Source of the DNA: an uncultured delta proteobacterium
GTDB taxonomy: Bacteria > Myxococcota > Kuafuiibacteriia > Kuafuiibacteriales > Kuafuiibacteriaceae
Direction of reading: 5' to 3'
Assembly: GCA_963803435.1 (NCBI GenBank)
Contig: CAWDML010000005.1
Coordinates: 1-64,000, forward strand
DNA length: 64,000 nucleotides
Positions 22,317 to 31,104 of the stretch are shown here, in pieces. Both the position numbers and the translations under genes were made by a program. The stretch's first letter is position 1, and every line of letters starts with the position of its first letter. The notes below the pieces were generated by a model. That model saw nothing but the letters and a program-made list of their open reading frames with translations, did not search any database and had not been told where the DNA came from.

Positions 22317-24812
22317 ATGAGCACCAGGAAGTCGCTGCTCCTCGTCGACTCGGACGCCCGTAGCCTCCGCGTCCTCGAGGTGAGCCTGCGAAAGGCCGGA
22401 TTCTCCGTGAATACGGCCGAGTCGGGAGCGAGCGCGCTGCAATGGGCATTCACCGAACCCCCCGATCTGGTCATCTCCGACACCAAGCTCCCCGACATGA
22501 CGGGCTTCGACCTGTGCCAGCGCCTTCGCAGCGACAACCGGACGCGCGCGGCGGTGGTCGTTTTCCTGACCGACGAAGCCAGCCCCGACTCCAAGATCGC
22601 AGGGATCAACGCAGGCGCCGACGACTTTCTCCCCAAGCCCGTGCTCGTCAAGGAGATCGTGTCCCGCGTGAAGACGCTCATCGAGAAGCGGCGCACCGAC
22701 TCGATCGCCCGCCGCGAGCGCCCCGGCAACCTGAGCGGCACGCTCTCCAACATGGGCGTCGTCGATCTGCTGCAGGTCATGGAGGCCGGCCAGAAGAGCG
22801 GCATCGTTCACCTCTCCAGCGATCCCATCAAGAGCGGTGGCTTCGTCACCGACGGTGAAGAGCGCGGCACCATCTTCTTCCGCGACGGCGAGGTCATCGA
22901 CGCTCGACTCGGTCGCCTCGCCGGCCTCGAGGCCGTGTACCGCATGCTGCTCTGGGACGACGGCGTGTTCGAGATCGAGTTCAAGAACATCGCCCGTGAG
23001 GATGCGATCCAGACCTCGACACAGGCCATCTTGCTCGAAGGTATGCGCCGCGTCGACGAGTGGTCCCGGATCTCCGATCTGATCCCGGCCGTGAACTCGC
23101 GCCTGACAATCGACTACAATGCGCTCTCGCGCGCCTACCCAGCGGTGCCGCCCGAGATGAAGCCGGTCCTCCACCTGTTCGACGGCCGCCGTACGGTCTT
23201 CGAGGTGGTCAGCGACACGCCGGGCGACGACGCCATCGCGCTCAGCGTGATCGCCGATCTCCACCGCTACGGCATTCTCCAGGCCGCACATCGGGACGTC
23301 GGCGAGAGCGCCGTCGAGGCCTGGCTCTCCACGCCGCCGGCCATGGCCACGGACCCCGGCCTCCCGAGCGCCCTCGCCAACGCGGTCATCCCTTCCCCCC
23401 ATACGCCCAGCCAAATCCTGGGCTCTGACGGGGAGCCGACGCTGGTCGGACACGACGCCTACGTCCGTCGCGACGCCACCCAGCGCACGGTCCTGCCCGA
23501 GCCGCTCACCGAGCCCTCGCTGATCCTCTCGCGCCACACCGTGCCCGCGAACCGGGCCGTGCCGCTAACCAAGGACGCCGAGCCTGCGGCGCCGGATCCG
23601 ATCCTGCTCACGCAGACGCGGCCACAGCTCAGGATCCAACGCATGTCCTCGGTGGTGGCCGCGACGCCCGTCCTCGCCGAGGCCCCGGCCAGCGGCGCGC
23701 GCAGCGAGCGGCTGCGAGCGGAGGCAGGCAGGAGGGCTTCGCCCGAGCGTTCCCTGCGCTTCGAGCTCGAGGAGGACGACGACGGTTGGGAGCCCGTCCG
23801 GACGGCGCCGTCGGTGGTGCCCCCAAGGCCGAACGGCGGCTCGATCCCGGCGGCGAAGAGCGGCGCGTTCGTCCTCAGCCGTCCCCCCGAGCGCGCCCCT
23901 CGGGTCGCCCCGGCCGGACCGCCCGCCTGGCCGGTCGCCGACGCCAAGCGCCCCGCGCCCGCGCCCGCGCCGGCCGTGCCCGCGCCGGCCGTGCCCGACC
24001 GACCGCAGGAGGTCGAGGCCGCAACCACATCGGCGAGCGACTTTGATCCGGCGTCGTCAGCCGAGTGGTACAGCAAGTCCGAGGGCAAGGACGAGTTCAA
24101 CTGGGAGGGCCTCAGCAGCCCGTGGCGGAGCCGGATTCCCGGCATTCTGCTCGTGCTCTCCACGGCCGCCCTGGTCAGCGCGCTCATCTGGGTCATGAAG
24201 CGCCCGCACGCGGATCTGGCCACGACCGAGCCCGCGCCGGCCGGGGGGGCCGACAAGCGCGCCACCTGGCCGAAGACCGACGAGACCGCGGTGATGATCC
24301 GATCTGCGGCCGTCCCCGCGACCCCGCCAGCTGAGACCCCGCCCCCCGCGGTCGAGGCTCCGCCCGCACCCAAGGTCGCCGGGGTGGCGGTCGCTCCGCC
24401 GGCGCCGCCTCCGCCCGTCGCCGCACCGCCTCCGCCTGCGCCCAAGGTGGACAAGGCCGCCGCCGAAGAGGCTGCCAAGCGGGGCGACACCTCGCTGGAC
24501 AGCGGAAACCTGAAGGCCGCGCAGCAGGAGTTCAAGCGCGCCGTCGATGCCGACCCAGAGAACGCCGCCGCCCACGCAGGTCTCGCCCTGGCGTACGCCG
24601 AGATCGGGAACGACCGAGCCGCGCGCGTCGAGGCGCGGACGGCGCTCAAGCTGGACGCCGCCAACGCGCGCGCCTACCTCGTGCACGCGTTGCTCGCCGC
24701 CAACGTCTCGGACAAGGAGACCGCGAACAAGTACTACAAGAAGTACCTGCAGCTCGCGCCCCACGGGAAGCACGCCGACGAAGTCCGTCGCATTCTCAGC
24801 AACCCCGAGTAA
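22317..24812 (+). CDS. Response regulator REC + DUF4388-like domain + Pro-rich linker + TM + TPR protein
   Basis: GGAGGA RBS; REC (LLLVDSD, DLVISDTKLP, GADDFLPKP); LSGTLSNMGVVDLLQ...LLEGMRRVDEW; C-terminal TPRs. Confidence 0.8.
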   Translation: MSTRKSLLLVDSDARSLRVLEVSLRKAGFSVNTAESGASALQWAFTEPPDLVISDTKLPDMTGFDLCQRLRSDNRTRAAVVVFLTDEASPDSKIAGINAGADDFLPKPVLVKEIVSRVKTLIEKRRTDSIARRERPGNLSGTLSNMGVVDLLQVMEAGQKSGIVHLSSDPIKSGGFVTDGEERGTIFFRDGEVIDARLGRLAGLEAVYRMLLWDDGVFEIEFKNIAREDAIQTSTQAILLEGMRRVDEWSRISDLIPAVNSRLTIDYNALSRAYPAVPPEMKPVLHLFDGRRTVFEVVSDTPGDDAIALSVIADLHRYGILQAAHRDVGESAVEAWLSTPPAMATDPGLPSALANAVIPSPHTPSQILGSDGEPTLVGHDAYVRRDATQRTVLPEPLTEPSLILSRHTVPANRAVPLTKDAEPAAPDPILLTQTRPQLRIQRMSSVVAATPVLAEAPASGARSERLRAEAGRRASPERSLRFELEEDDDGWEPVRTAPSVVPPRPNGGSIPAAKSGAFVLSRPPERAPRVAPAGPPAWPVADAKRPAPAPAPAVPAPAVPDRPQEVEAATTSASDFDPASSAEWYSKSEGKDEFNWEGLSSPWRSRIPGILLVLSTAALVSALIWVMKRPHADLATTEPAPAGGADKRATWPKTDETAVMIRSAAVPATPPAETPPPAVEAPPAPKVAGVAVAPPAPPPPVAAPPPPAPKVDKAAAEEAAKRGDTSLDSGNLKAAQQEFKRAVDADPENAAAHAGLALAYAEIGNDRAARVEARTALKLDAANARAYLVHALLAANVSDKETANKYYKKYLQLAPHGKHADEVRRILSNPE

Positions 24813-24823
24813 CACTCAGCGGC

Positions 24824-25846
24824 GTGATCGTCCTCGGGATCGAGAGCTCCTGCGACGAGCTCGCCTGCGCGGTCCTCGACCGGGACGGCCGCACGCTGCT
24901 GTCCAGCGTCGTTCATTCGCAGGTCGATCTGCACGCGCCTTTCGGCGGGATCGTTCCCGAGATCGCATCCCGCGATCACGTGCGGCGACTGGGCGCAGTG
25001 TTCGACCGCGCGATCGCCGAGGCTGGGATCGCCGTCGCCTCGATCGACGGCATCGCCGTGACCTCCGGCCCCGGGCTGATCGGCTCGCTGTTGTGCGGTC
25101 TCGAGTTCGCCAAGGGCCTGGCGGTCGCGACCGGAAAGCCGCTGATCGGCATCAACCATCTCGAAGGCCACATCGCGGCCGCCTTCCTCGAGGATCCAGC
25201 GCCGCTGCCCCCGTTCGTGGCGCTCTTGGTCTCAGGGGGTCACACCAGCCTGGTCCACGTGGCGTCGCTCGGGGGTCCCTACGGCCACCTCGGGGCCACC
25301 CGCGACGACGCGGCCGGAGAGGCCTTCGACAAGACCGCCAAGCTGCTCGGCCTCGGTTATCCGGGCGGCGTCGAGGTCGATCGGAAGGCGCGCACCGGGG
25401 ATCGCGCGCGCTACCCCTTTCCCAAGATGATGACCGGAAAGGACAACCTCGACTTCTCCTTCTCGGGTCTGAAGACTGCCGTCGCCCGCAGGGTCCGCGA
25501 GCTCGGCGGTCCCCCCGAAGGCCAGGACCTCGCCGACTTCTGCGCCTCCTTCCAGAGCGCCGTCGTGGAGAACCTGATCAAGAAGGCGTTCCGCGCCGCC
25601 GTCGTCAGCGGAGCCCGGAAGCTCGTCTTCGCCGGCGGCGTCGCCGCCAACAGCCGCCTTCGCGAACGCGCCCTCGAGCGGGGCCGACGGGAACAGATCG
25701 AGGTCTTCCTTCCCTCGCGGCAGAACTGCACGGACAACGCGGCGATGATCGCGCGCGCCGGTTGGGAGCGCCTGCGCCGCGGAGAAAGACACGCCCTCGA
25801 TCTGTCGGCCCGCGCGCACTGGCCGCTGTTCGAAGAGCGCTCGTGA
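24824..25846 (+). CDS. tsaD: tRNA N6-adenosine threonylcarbamoyltransferase
   Basis: LGIESSCDE, NHLEGH, LLVSGGHT, DDAAGEAFDK, CTDNAAMIA. Confidence 0.97.
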   Translation: MIVLGIESSCDELACAVLDRDGRTLLSSVVHSQVDLHAPFGGIVPEIASRDHVRRLGAVFDRAIAEAGIAVASIDGIAVTSGPGLIGSLLCGLEFAKGLAVATGKPLIGINHLEGHIAAAFLEDPAPLPPFVALLVSGGHTSLVHVASLGGPYGHLGATRDDAAGEAFDKTAKLLGLGYPGGVEVDRKARTGDRARYPFPKMMTGKDNLDFSFSGLKTAVARRVRELGGPPEGQDLADFCASFQSAVVENLIKKAFRAAVVSGARKLVFAGGVAANSRLRERALERGRREQIEVFLPSRQNCTDNAAMIARAGWERLRRGERHALDLSARAHWPLFEERS

Positions 25847-26691
25847 GCAGCCTCAAGCAACGCCTGCGCGCCCTCCTCGAGCGCCACGACGCCCGCGCGA
25901 AGCGCTCGCTCGGCCAGAACTTCCTCATCGATGAGGGCATCCTGAACCGCATCGCCGACATCGCCTCCGAGGGTGCCCGCACGGTCATCGAGATCGGCCC
26001 TGGCCCTGGAACGCTGACCGCTGCGTTGCTCGAGCGCGGCGTCGAGGTCATCGCGATCGAGAAGGACCGCGCCATGATCGGGATCCTCCGCGAGTCCCTC
26101 GCCGCCCACCCGCACCTGCGCGTGATCGAGAGCGACGTCCTCGCGGTTGCGTTCGGAGAGCTCGACCCCGATCGCCCGCACGTCGCCGGCAACATCCCGT
26201 ACAACATCAGCGCGCCCCTGCTGCTCGAGCTGCGCAGACAGCGCCGCGCGATCGGCCCCACCACGCTGATGCTCCAGAAGGAGGTCGCAGATCGCATCGC
26301 CAGCCCGCCGGGCCAGAAGAGCTACGGCTCGCTCTCCGTGATGCTCCAGAGCTTCGCCGACATCGAGCGCCTGATCCGGGTGCCGCCCGGCGCCTTCTCG
26401 CCGGCGCCGAAGGTCGACTCGACCGTGGTCAGAATGCGATGGCTCGAGCATCCCCGGGCGCCCATCGAAGACGAGGCTCATTTCGAGCGGGTGGTGCGCG
26501 CCGCGTTCGCGCAGCGACGAAAGATGCTCCGCAACAGCCTCCGGACCGGGTTTGATGCTGCGTCCGTCGAGCGTGCCGGCGAGGAGGCGCAGATCGCCCT
26601 GGATCGCCGCGCGGAGACGTTGACGCTCGCGGAGTTCGCCGCGCTGGCGGCCGCGCTGCTGGAGCCCGATCACCAGCGCGAGCGGCGCTGA
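25843..26691 (+). CDS. rsmA: 16S rRNA m6,2A dimethyltransferase KsgA
   Basis: LGQNFL, IEIGPGPG, GNIPYNIS, FSPAPKVDS, RRAETL. GTG overlaps the tsaD stop. Confidence 0.95.
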   Translation: MSSLKQRLRALLERHDARAKRSLGQNFLIDEGILNRIADIASEGARTVIEIGPGPGTLTAALLERGVEVIAIEKDRAMIGILRESLAAHPHLRVIESDVLAVAFGELDPDRPHVAGNIPYNISAPLLLELRRQRRAIGPTTLMLQKEVADRIASPPGQKSYGSLSVMLQSFADIERLIRVPPGAFSPAPKVDSTVVRMRWLEHPRAPIEDEAHFERVVRAAFAQRRKMLRNSLRTGFDAASVERAGEEAQIALDRRAETLTLAEFAALAAALLEPDHQRERR

Positions 26692-26858
26692 CCGAGTCCG
26701 CAGTGCCCGGTGAACGCGCCCGAGCGCGCCCGGCGAACCGATCCGCGATCTCATCGCCCTTCATGAGCTGGAGACGAACGGCGAATGCCAGAACAAGTGC
26801 CACACGGGATAGCGAACGGAACGGTTTTAGGACCGGTTCTTTTATGCGCTCCACGCTC

Positions 26859-26928
26859 CTAGGAGCGTGGAGCGCGTAAGCGCTCACGCGACCCCGGTCC
26901 GGGTCCCGGTCCCGGTCCGGGTCCCGAT
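26859..26928. repeat. Left inverted-repeat arm with (GGTCCC)n-like tract
   Basis: ctaggagcgtggagcgcgtaagcgctcacgcgaccccggtccgggtcccggtcccggtccgggtcccgat. Confidence 0.9.
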
Positions 26929-26948
26929 CTGAAGATGGCTGCCTTGAG

Positions 26949-27794
26949 TCAGACGCTCGCGACGGTCGCGAGCTTCGATCGGTAGAGCTTGAGCAGGTTG
27001 TGGGTGAGGCAGACGAGCGTCCACTCGGCTCGTACCTTGAAGAAGGAGCGTAGCGAGAACCGGCGGAATCCTCGTGCCCCTTTGATCTGTCCGAGCGCCG
27101 GTTCGACGATACTCTTCCTGCGGGCGTAGACCGCCTTGCCGTCGCGCGTTTGCAACTTGTCTCGCATTCGCTTGCGAGCGAGCGAGGCAGGTGTGGGCTC
27201 CGAAGCTGATGAGGACGGAGTCGACGCGTCTTGGTTCTGTTCGCGTCCAACAGCGATGTGGGCATCGATCTGATTGTTGTCGCAGAATTCGATGTTGGTC
27301 GCGCTCAGATAGCCGTTGTCTGCCGTCATCTTCCGCGGAGCATCGCCGCAGTTGCCGAACACATCAGGGAGCATCGGGACGAGGTGTTGCTGATCAGGTG
27401 CCTGGTTGCTGACCCCTTCGGCGACAATCACCTGAGCGTGCTCATCTACGACAACCTGGGCATTGTAGGCCTGGAGGTACGCTCCCTCCTTCAACATGAT
27501 CCTGCTGTCTGAGTCGGTGAAGTTCCTCTGAGCGTTGGGCCTCGGTGTGCCGTCCATATTTGCAGGAACGCGATGATGCGGCCATCCATCATTTCGTTCA
27601 GTTGGGGATGGGGATGGGGATGGTTCGAGCTGGTCAGCCTGCGCTCTTGCCTTCTCGGCTCGAGTTCTCGCTCGCTTCTGCTCCACCCGATCCACAAGAG
27701 CATCATCCGCTTTGCTCTGCTGCTCTTCGGCTTGCCTGCGCAATTTCTCCGCGCGAGCCCTGGCGGCATCCTGTTCCGACGAAACGACCTCCAA
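26949..27794 (-). pseudogene. IS1182-family DDE transposase, 5'-truncated
   Basis: NFTDSDSRIM, QAYNAQ, ADNGY, YARRKSIVEP, GFRRFSLR, EWTLVCLTHNLLKL. The N-terminal half is missing (in-frame stop just upstream). Confidence 0.85.
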
Positions 27795-27840
27795 GACCTT
27801 CTGCTGGTCAAAGTGGACGAGCTACCGCAAGCTGGCTTGC

Positions 27841-28207
27841 ATGGTCACTTTCGATCACGAGAAGCTCGAGGTCTACCAGCTCGCCGTCGAGTAGGCCGAC
27901 ATCGCTGAAGAGATCGCACAAGAACTGCAACCCGGTCACGCTCACGTCCGCGATCAGCTTCGGCGGGCATCCGATTCCATCGTGAACGACACCGCCGAGG
28001 GCGCCGGAGAGTTCAATCCACCTGAGAAGGCTCGCTTCTACCGGATGGCACTTCGCTCTGGCACCGAAAGCGCCGCCTCACTCCACACCTGCTTGAGGCG
28101 CCGACTCGCCAACGAGCAGAAGGTCCAAGCCGCCAGAGCCGCTCAAGCGCGTTGTCGAGAGGCTCACGCGCCTCATCAAGTCGATGAACGCACGCCGGGC
28201 TGCATGA
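27841..28207 (+). pseudogene. Four-helix-bundle protein (23S rRNA IVS / Avd-like family), disrupted
   Basis: FDHEKLEVYQLAVE*...DQLRRASDSIVNDTAEGAGE...EKARFYRMALRSGTESAA. In-frame TAG at 27892 and a frameshift ~28140 (the alternative frame gives LKRVVE.LTRLIKS, TGA 28205-28207). Confidence 0.85.
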
Positions 28208-28211
28208 TCGC

Positions 28212-28280
28212 ATCGGGACCGGGACCGGGACCGGGACCCGGACCGGGCTCGCGGTAGCGCTACGCGCTCCACGCTCCTAG
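28212..28280. repeat. Right inverted-repeat arm with (GGGACC)n tract
   Basis: atcgggaccgggaccgggaccgggacccggaccgggctcgcggtagcgctacgcgctccacgctcctag. Confidence 0.9.
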
Positions 28281-29275
28281 CGCGTGACGCGCTTCGGATC
28301 CGAGCGATCTGCGCCCGTCGGTTTCGGATCGGGCTTCGCGCGTCGCGGCGGGGGCGGATGGTCCGTCAGCTTCATGAGCTGATCGATCGCCTTGGTCTCT
28401 GCCGGGGACGGCGCGAGCTTGCGCGCGGCCTCGAGCTCGGCCTTCGCCTCGCGGGCACGATTGAGCCGCCACAGCGTGCGGGCGTGCGCGATGCGGTGAT
28501 CGACCGCCTTCGGCTCGAGGGCCACCGCCTTCGCATAGTGCTGCTCGGCGGAGGACTGATCGCCTCGGCGCACGTAGAGATTGCCGAGGTTGAAGTGCGG
28601 GTCGGCTTGCCCGGGATCGAGCGCGATCGCGGCCAGGTACTGAGGCTCGGCCTCCGTGTCGTTCTTGAGCTTCACGAGCACCCAGCCCAGATCGAGGTGG
28701 CCGAAGTAGCTCTTCGGGTCCTTCTGAACGGCCTTGCGGTACTCGACCTCGGCGGCGGGATACTGGCTGAGCTGCTTGTAGCAATAGCCGAGGTGGACGT
28801 GCAGATCCGGGTCGTCGGCGGAGGCCCGCACGGCCTCGCGATAGAGCCGGATCGCCTCCTCGTACTTCTTCTCCTTGCGCCGGATGTGCCCCAGCTCGAT
28901 CTTCGGCGCGGGCTCGTCGCCCTTGAGGTCGATGGAGCGCTGAAACGACTCGGCGGCCTCCGCAGTCTTTCCCCGGCTGAGCGCGGCGATCCCCAGGCAG
29001 TAGTGGACCTTCGCCGCCTCCGGGGCCTGATCCATCGCCTTCTCGCACAGCGCCACCCCGGCTTCGACGCGGTGCATCCGAATCTCGAGGAGGCCCAGGT
29101 TGACCAGGGCACGGCCGTACTCGGGCTCGATCTCCAGGGCCCGGCGATACGCGGCTGAGGCTGCGGTCAGATCGCCCCGATCCTCCGCCGCCAGGCCTTC
29201 CTTGAAGAGACTGGGCGCGCTGGTCGGTTCTGAGCTCAGGAGCGCGAGGATCGGAAGGAGCGGGAGAGCACCCAT
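28277..29275 (-). CDS. Exported tetratricopeptide repeat protein
   Basis: Signal-like N-terminus and ~7 TPRs (ALVNLG, PHFNLGNLY). Its TAG stop lies within the cassette-terminal CTAG. Confidence 0.85.
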   Translation of the reverse strand: MGALPLLPILALLSSEPTSAPSLFKEGLAAEDRGDLTAASAAYRRALEIEPEYGRALVNLGLLEIRMHRVEAGVALCEKAMDQAPEAAKVHYCLGIAALSRGKTAEAAESFQRSIDLKGDEPAPKIELGHIRRKEKKYEEAIRLYREAVRASADDPDLHVHLGYCYKQLSQYPAAEVEYRKAVQKDPKSYFGHLDLGWVLVKLKNDTEAEPQYLAAIALDPGQADPHFNLGNLYVRRGDQSSAEQHYAKAVALEPKAVDHRIAHARTLWRLNRAREAKAELEAARKLAPSPAETKAIDQLMKLTDHPPPPRRAKPDPKPTGADRSDPKRVTR

Positions 29276-29281
29276 GCGCGA

Positions 29282-29500
29282 TCAGCGGGCGCGATAGACG
29301 ATGCGACCCTTCGTCAGGTCATAAGGCGACAGGGCGACCGTGACCTTGTCCCCCAGGACGATGCGAATGAAAAACTTGCGCATCTTTCCGGAGACATACG
29401 CGAGAATATTCTGGCCGGGCGCGATCTCGACACGGAACATCCCGTTTGGAAGGACCTCCTTGATGATTCCTTCGCACTCAATCTGGTCGTCCTTCGGCAT
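29282..29500 (-). CDS. infA: Translation initiation factor IF-1
   Basis: [11 protein letters not shown]...LPNGMFRV...[31 protein letters not shown]; GGAG RBS. Confidence 0.97.
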   Translation of the reverse strand: MPKDDQIECEGIIKEVLPNGMFRVEIAPGQNILAYVSGKMRKFFIRIVLGDKVTVALSPYDLTKGRIVYRAR

Positions 29501-29713
29501 ATCCGTTCTCAACACTCCCTCGAGGGCCCTCATCGGCCCAACGGCGCGGACATTGAAGAGTCGGTGGGCCCCTGTCAACGGCGTATGCGGGCAGGCCACG
29601 GCCGCTTTTGGACGGCCATCCCACATGCACCCTCGGTGTGGTTTGATGTAAGTTGTTGGAATACCTGATTTTTTCCGCAACCTTCTCGCACGGGCCCCGA
29701 TAAGATCATCGCC

Positions 29714-30373
29714 ATGTCGAGTCCGCGAGTACCTGCTTTTCAGCCAAGGCTCGAGGGCGGTGAGAATCAGGGCGACGTCGTTCAAGCGGACGGTTCGCGC
29801 GTCGACGTCCTCTCGAAGCCCGTCGCGCCGATCTACGGCGATGCAGGCAACAACGGCAACCCGCAGACCGGACAGGACGCCGAGGACCAGCTGGCACGCC
29901 TGCTCGCCGGCGCCGACAGCGGCCAGATTCGGACCTGGGCCGGGAACATCTCCCAGAACAACGCCCGCAAGGCGCAGGAGTTTTTCCCGAACAGCTCACC
30001 CCTCAAATATGTCGGCGCCTATGCGGTCCCGGCCACCTACCAGTCGCTGACGCTCTCGGAGGTCAACCGCCGCCGCTTCGGCGCGTACGTCCCGTGGATC
30101 GAGAACCAGGGCGACGACATGACGCCGCTGGCGGGGAACCGGATCATCGTGGCCGGCGACTCGTTCAGCCTGAAGAACGGCATTGTCGACTCACCCTCCG
30201 AGGATGCGATCCCGGTCGAGTGGCAGGAGCAGATGGACTCCGAGTGGCGCCAGGTTCAGATCAACACCGGACCGGCCGGCGGGGGCACCTTCAACCGACA
30301 GCACCTCGCCATGGGGCGCTTCAGCATGAGCGCCAACCCGCACCAGTCGAACAGCACGCTGCTCCCCTCCTAG
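29714..30373 (+). CDS. Hypothetical protein
   Basis: 219-aa ORF with typical codon usage, divergent from infA after an AT-richer spacer. Confidence 0.65.
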   Translation: MSSPRVPAFQPRLEGGENQGDVVQADGSRVDVLSKPVAPIYGDAGNNGNPQTGQDAEDQLARLLAGADSGQIRTWAGNISQNNARKAQEFFPNSSPLKYVGAYAVPATYQSLTLSEVNRRRFGAYVPWIENQGDDMTPLAGNRIIVAGDSFSLKNGIVDSPSEDAIPVEWQEQMDSEWRQVQINTGPAGGGTFNRQHLAMGRFSMSANPHQSNSTLLPS

Positions 30374-30381
30374 CGATCCAT

Positions 30382-30792
30382 TCAATGGATCGTGGTGCCC
30401 GTCGTCCAGACCCAAGCGCTCGTCGGTAGCTCCTCCTCCTTCTTCTCCAGGAATCGAACACCGATCCCGTACATCGTCCGGCGGTCCTTTCCGCCCGAGT
30501 GCTGCCAGGCGACCTGGTGTCGAATCTCGGCCTCGAGCGTCAACGCACCGCTCTTGCCGCTGAACGTCACCTCCACCCGCCGCCCGATCGGCAGCATCCG
30601 ATCGAGCTGAACGAGCATCCCGCCCTCCGAGATATTGCGGGCGAGGCCCTTCTCCTGCTGTTCCCCCATCTGGATCGTGACCGGCACGGCGAAGTCGAGC
30701 CCGAGCGGAACCCGCGGGACCGTCCGACGCTCCCGGCCAGAGCGGCGATCCGGATCCTCGGGGCATGGAATGCTTTGGCGGCGATCTGTCAT
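30382..30792 (-). CDS. PilZ-domain protein
   Basis: RRTVPR (RxxxR) and NISEGG (D/NxSxxG) motifs; GIGVRF. Confidence 0.8.
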   Translation of the reverse strand: MTDRRQSIPCPEDPDRRSGRERRTVPRVPLGLDFAVPVTIQMGEQQEKGLARNISEGGMLVQLDRMLPIGRRVEVTFSGKSGALTLEAEIRHQVAWQHSGGKDRRTMYGIGVRFLEKKEEELPTSAWVWTTGTTIH

Positions 30793-30858
30793 CGCCGGGG
30801 ATGGTGACCTTATCCCACACCGTAGTCAAAAATCCGACCAGCGAGCACCCGTCGGGGC

Positions 30859-31095
30859 TCAGTCGTTCTTTTGAAAATAGTCCGCGAAGATCGTCCAGAA
30901 GATCGTCACGACCCGCAGGAGCAAGATCCCGCCCGCCGCGCCGAAGGCGGCGTACATCCCGGCGAGCCTCGGGTAGGCCACCGGATCGAGCGTCAGCTTC
31001 CCATATGCGAAGCCGGCGACGGTGCCGATGGCCGCCGGGACGACGGTCAGCATCATCCGGCGTCTGAGGCCCCCGCCGCGGATCTCCTGGCGCAC
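30859..31095 (-). CDS. Small two-TM hypothetical protein
   Basis: Two hydrophobic helices; in-operon position. Confidence 0.55.
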   Translation of the reverse strand: MRQEIRGGGLRRRMMLTVVPAAIGTVAGFAYGKLTLDPVAYPRLAGMYAAFGAAGGILLLRVVTIFWTIFADYFQKND

Positions 31096-31104
31096 CCGAT
31101 CAGC

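Larger units (their letters stand above)
26859..28280. mobile_element. Non-autonomous IS1182-derived cassette with ~70-bp terminal inverted repeats and CTAG at both ends
   Basis: 26859-26928 is the reverse complement of 28212-28280 (1 indel, 4 mismatches). It encloses a transposase fragment and a four-helix-bundle pseudogene, and is visibly less GC-rich than the flanks. Confidence 0.75.

Noticed and set aside
23950-24440. Short GC-rich repeats (gcccgc/ccg runs)
   Set aside because: They encode the Pro/Ala linker of the response-regulator protein and are not independent repeat elements.
26793-26811. Sigma54-like TGGCAC motif on the - strand left of the cassette
   Set aside because: Spacing is GG-N11-GC, one base too long; mentioned only as a possible remnant.
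27841-28207. Diversity-generating retroelement (Avd homologue) or amber read-through of the TAG
   Set aside because: No reverse transcriptase or TR/VR pair seen in the window. The gene has a second lesion, so simple decay explains the stop.
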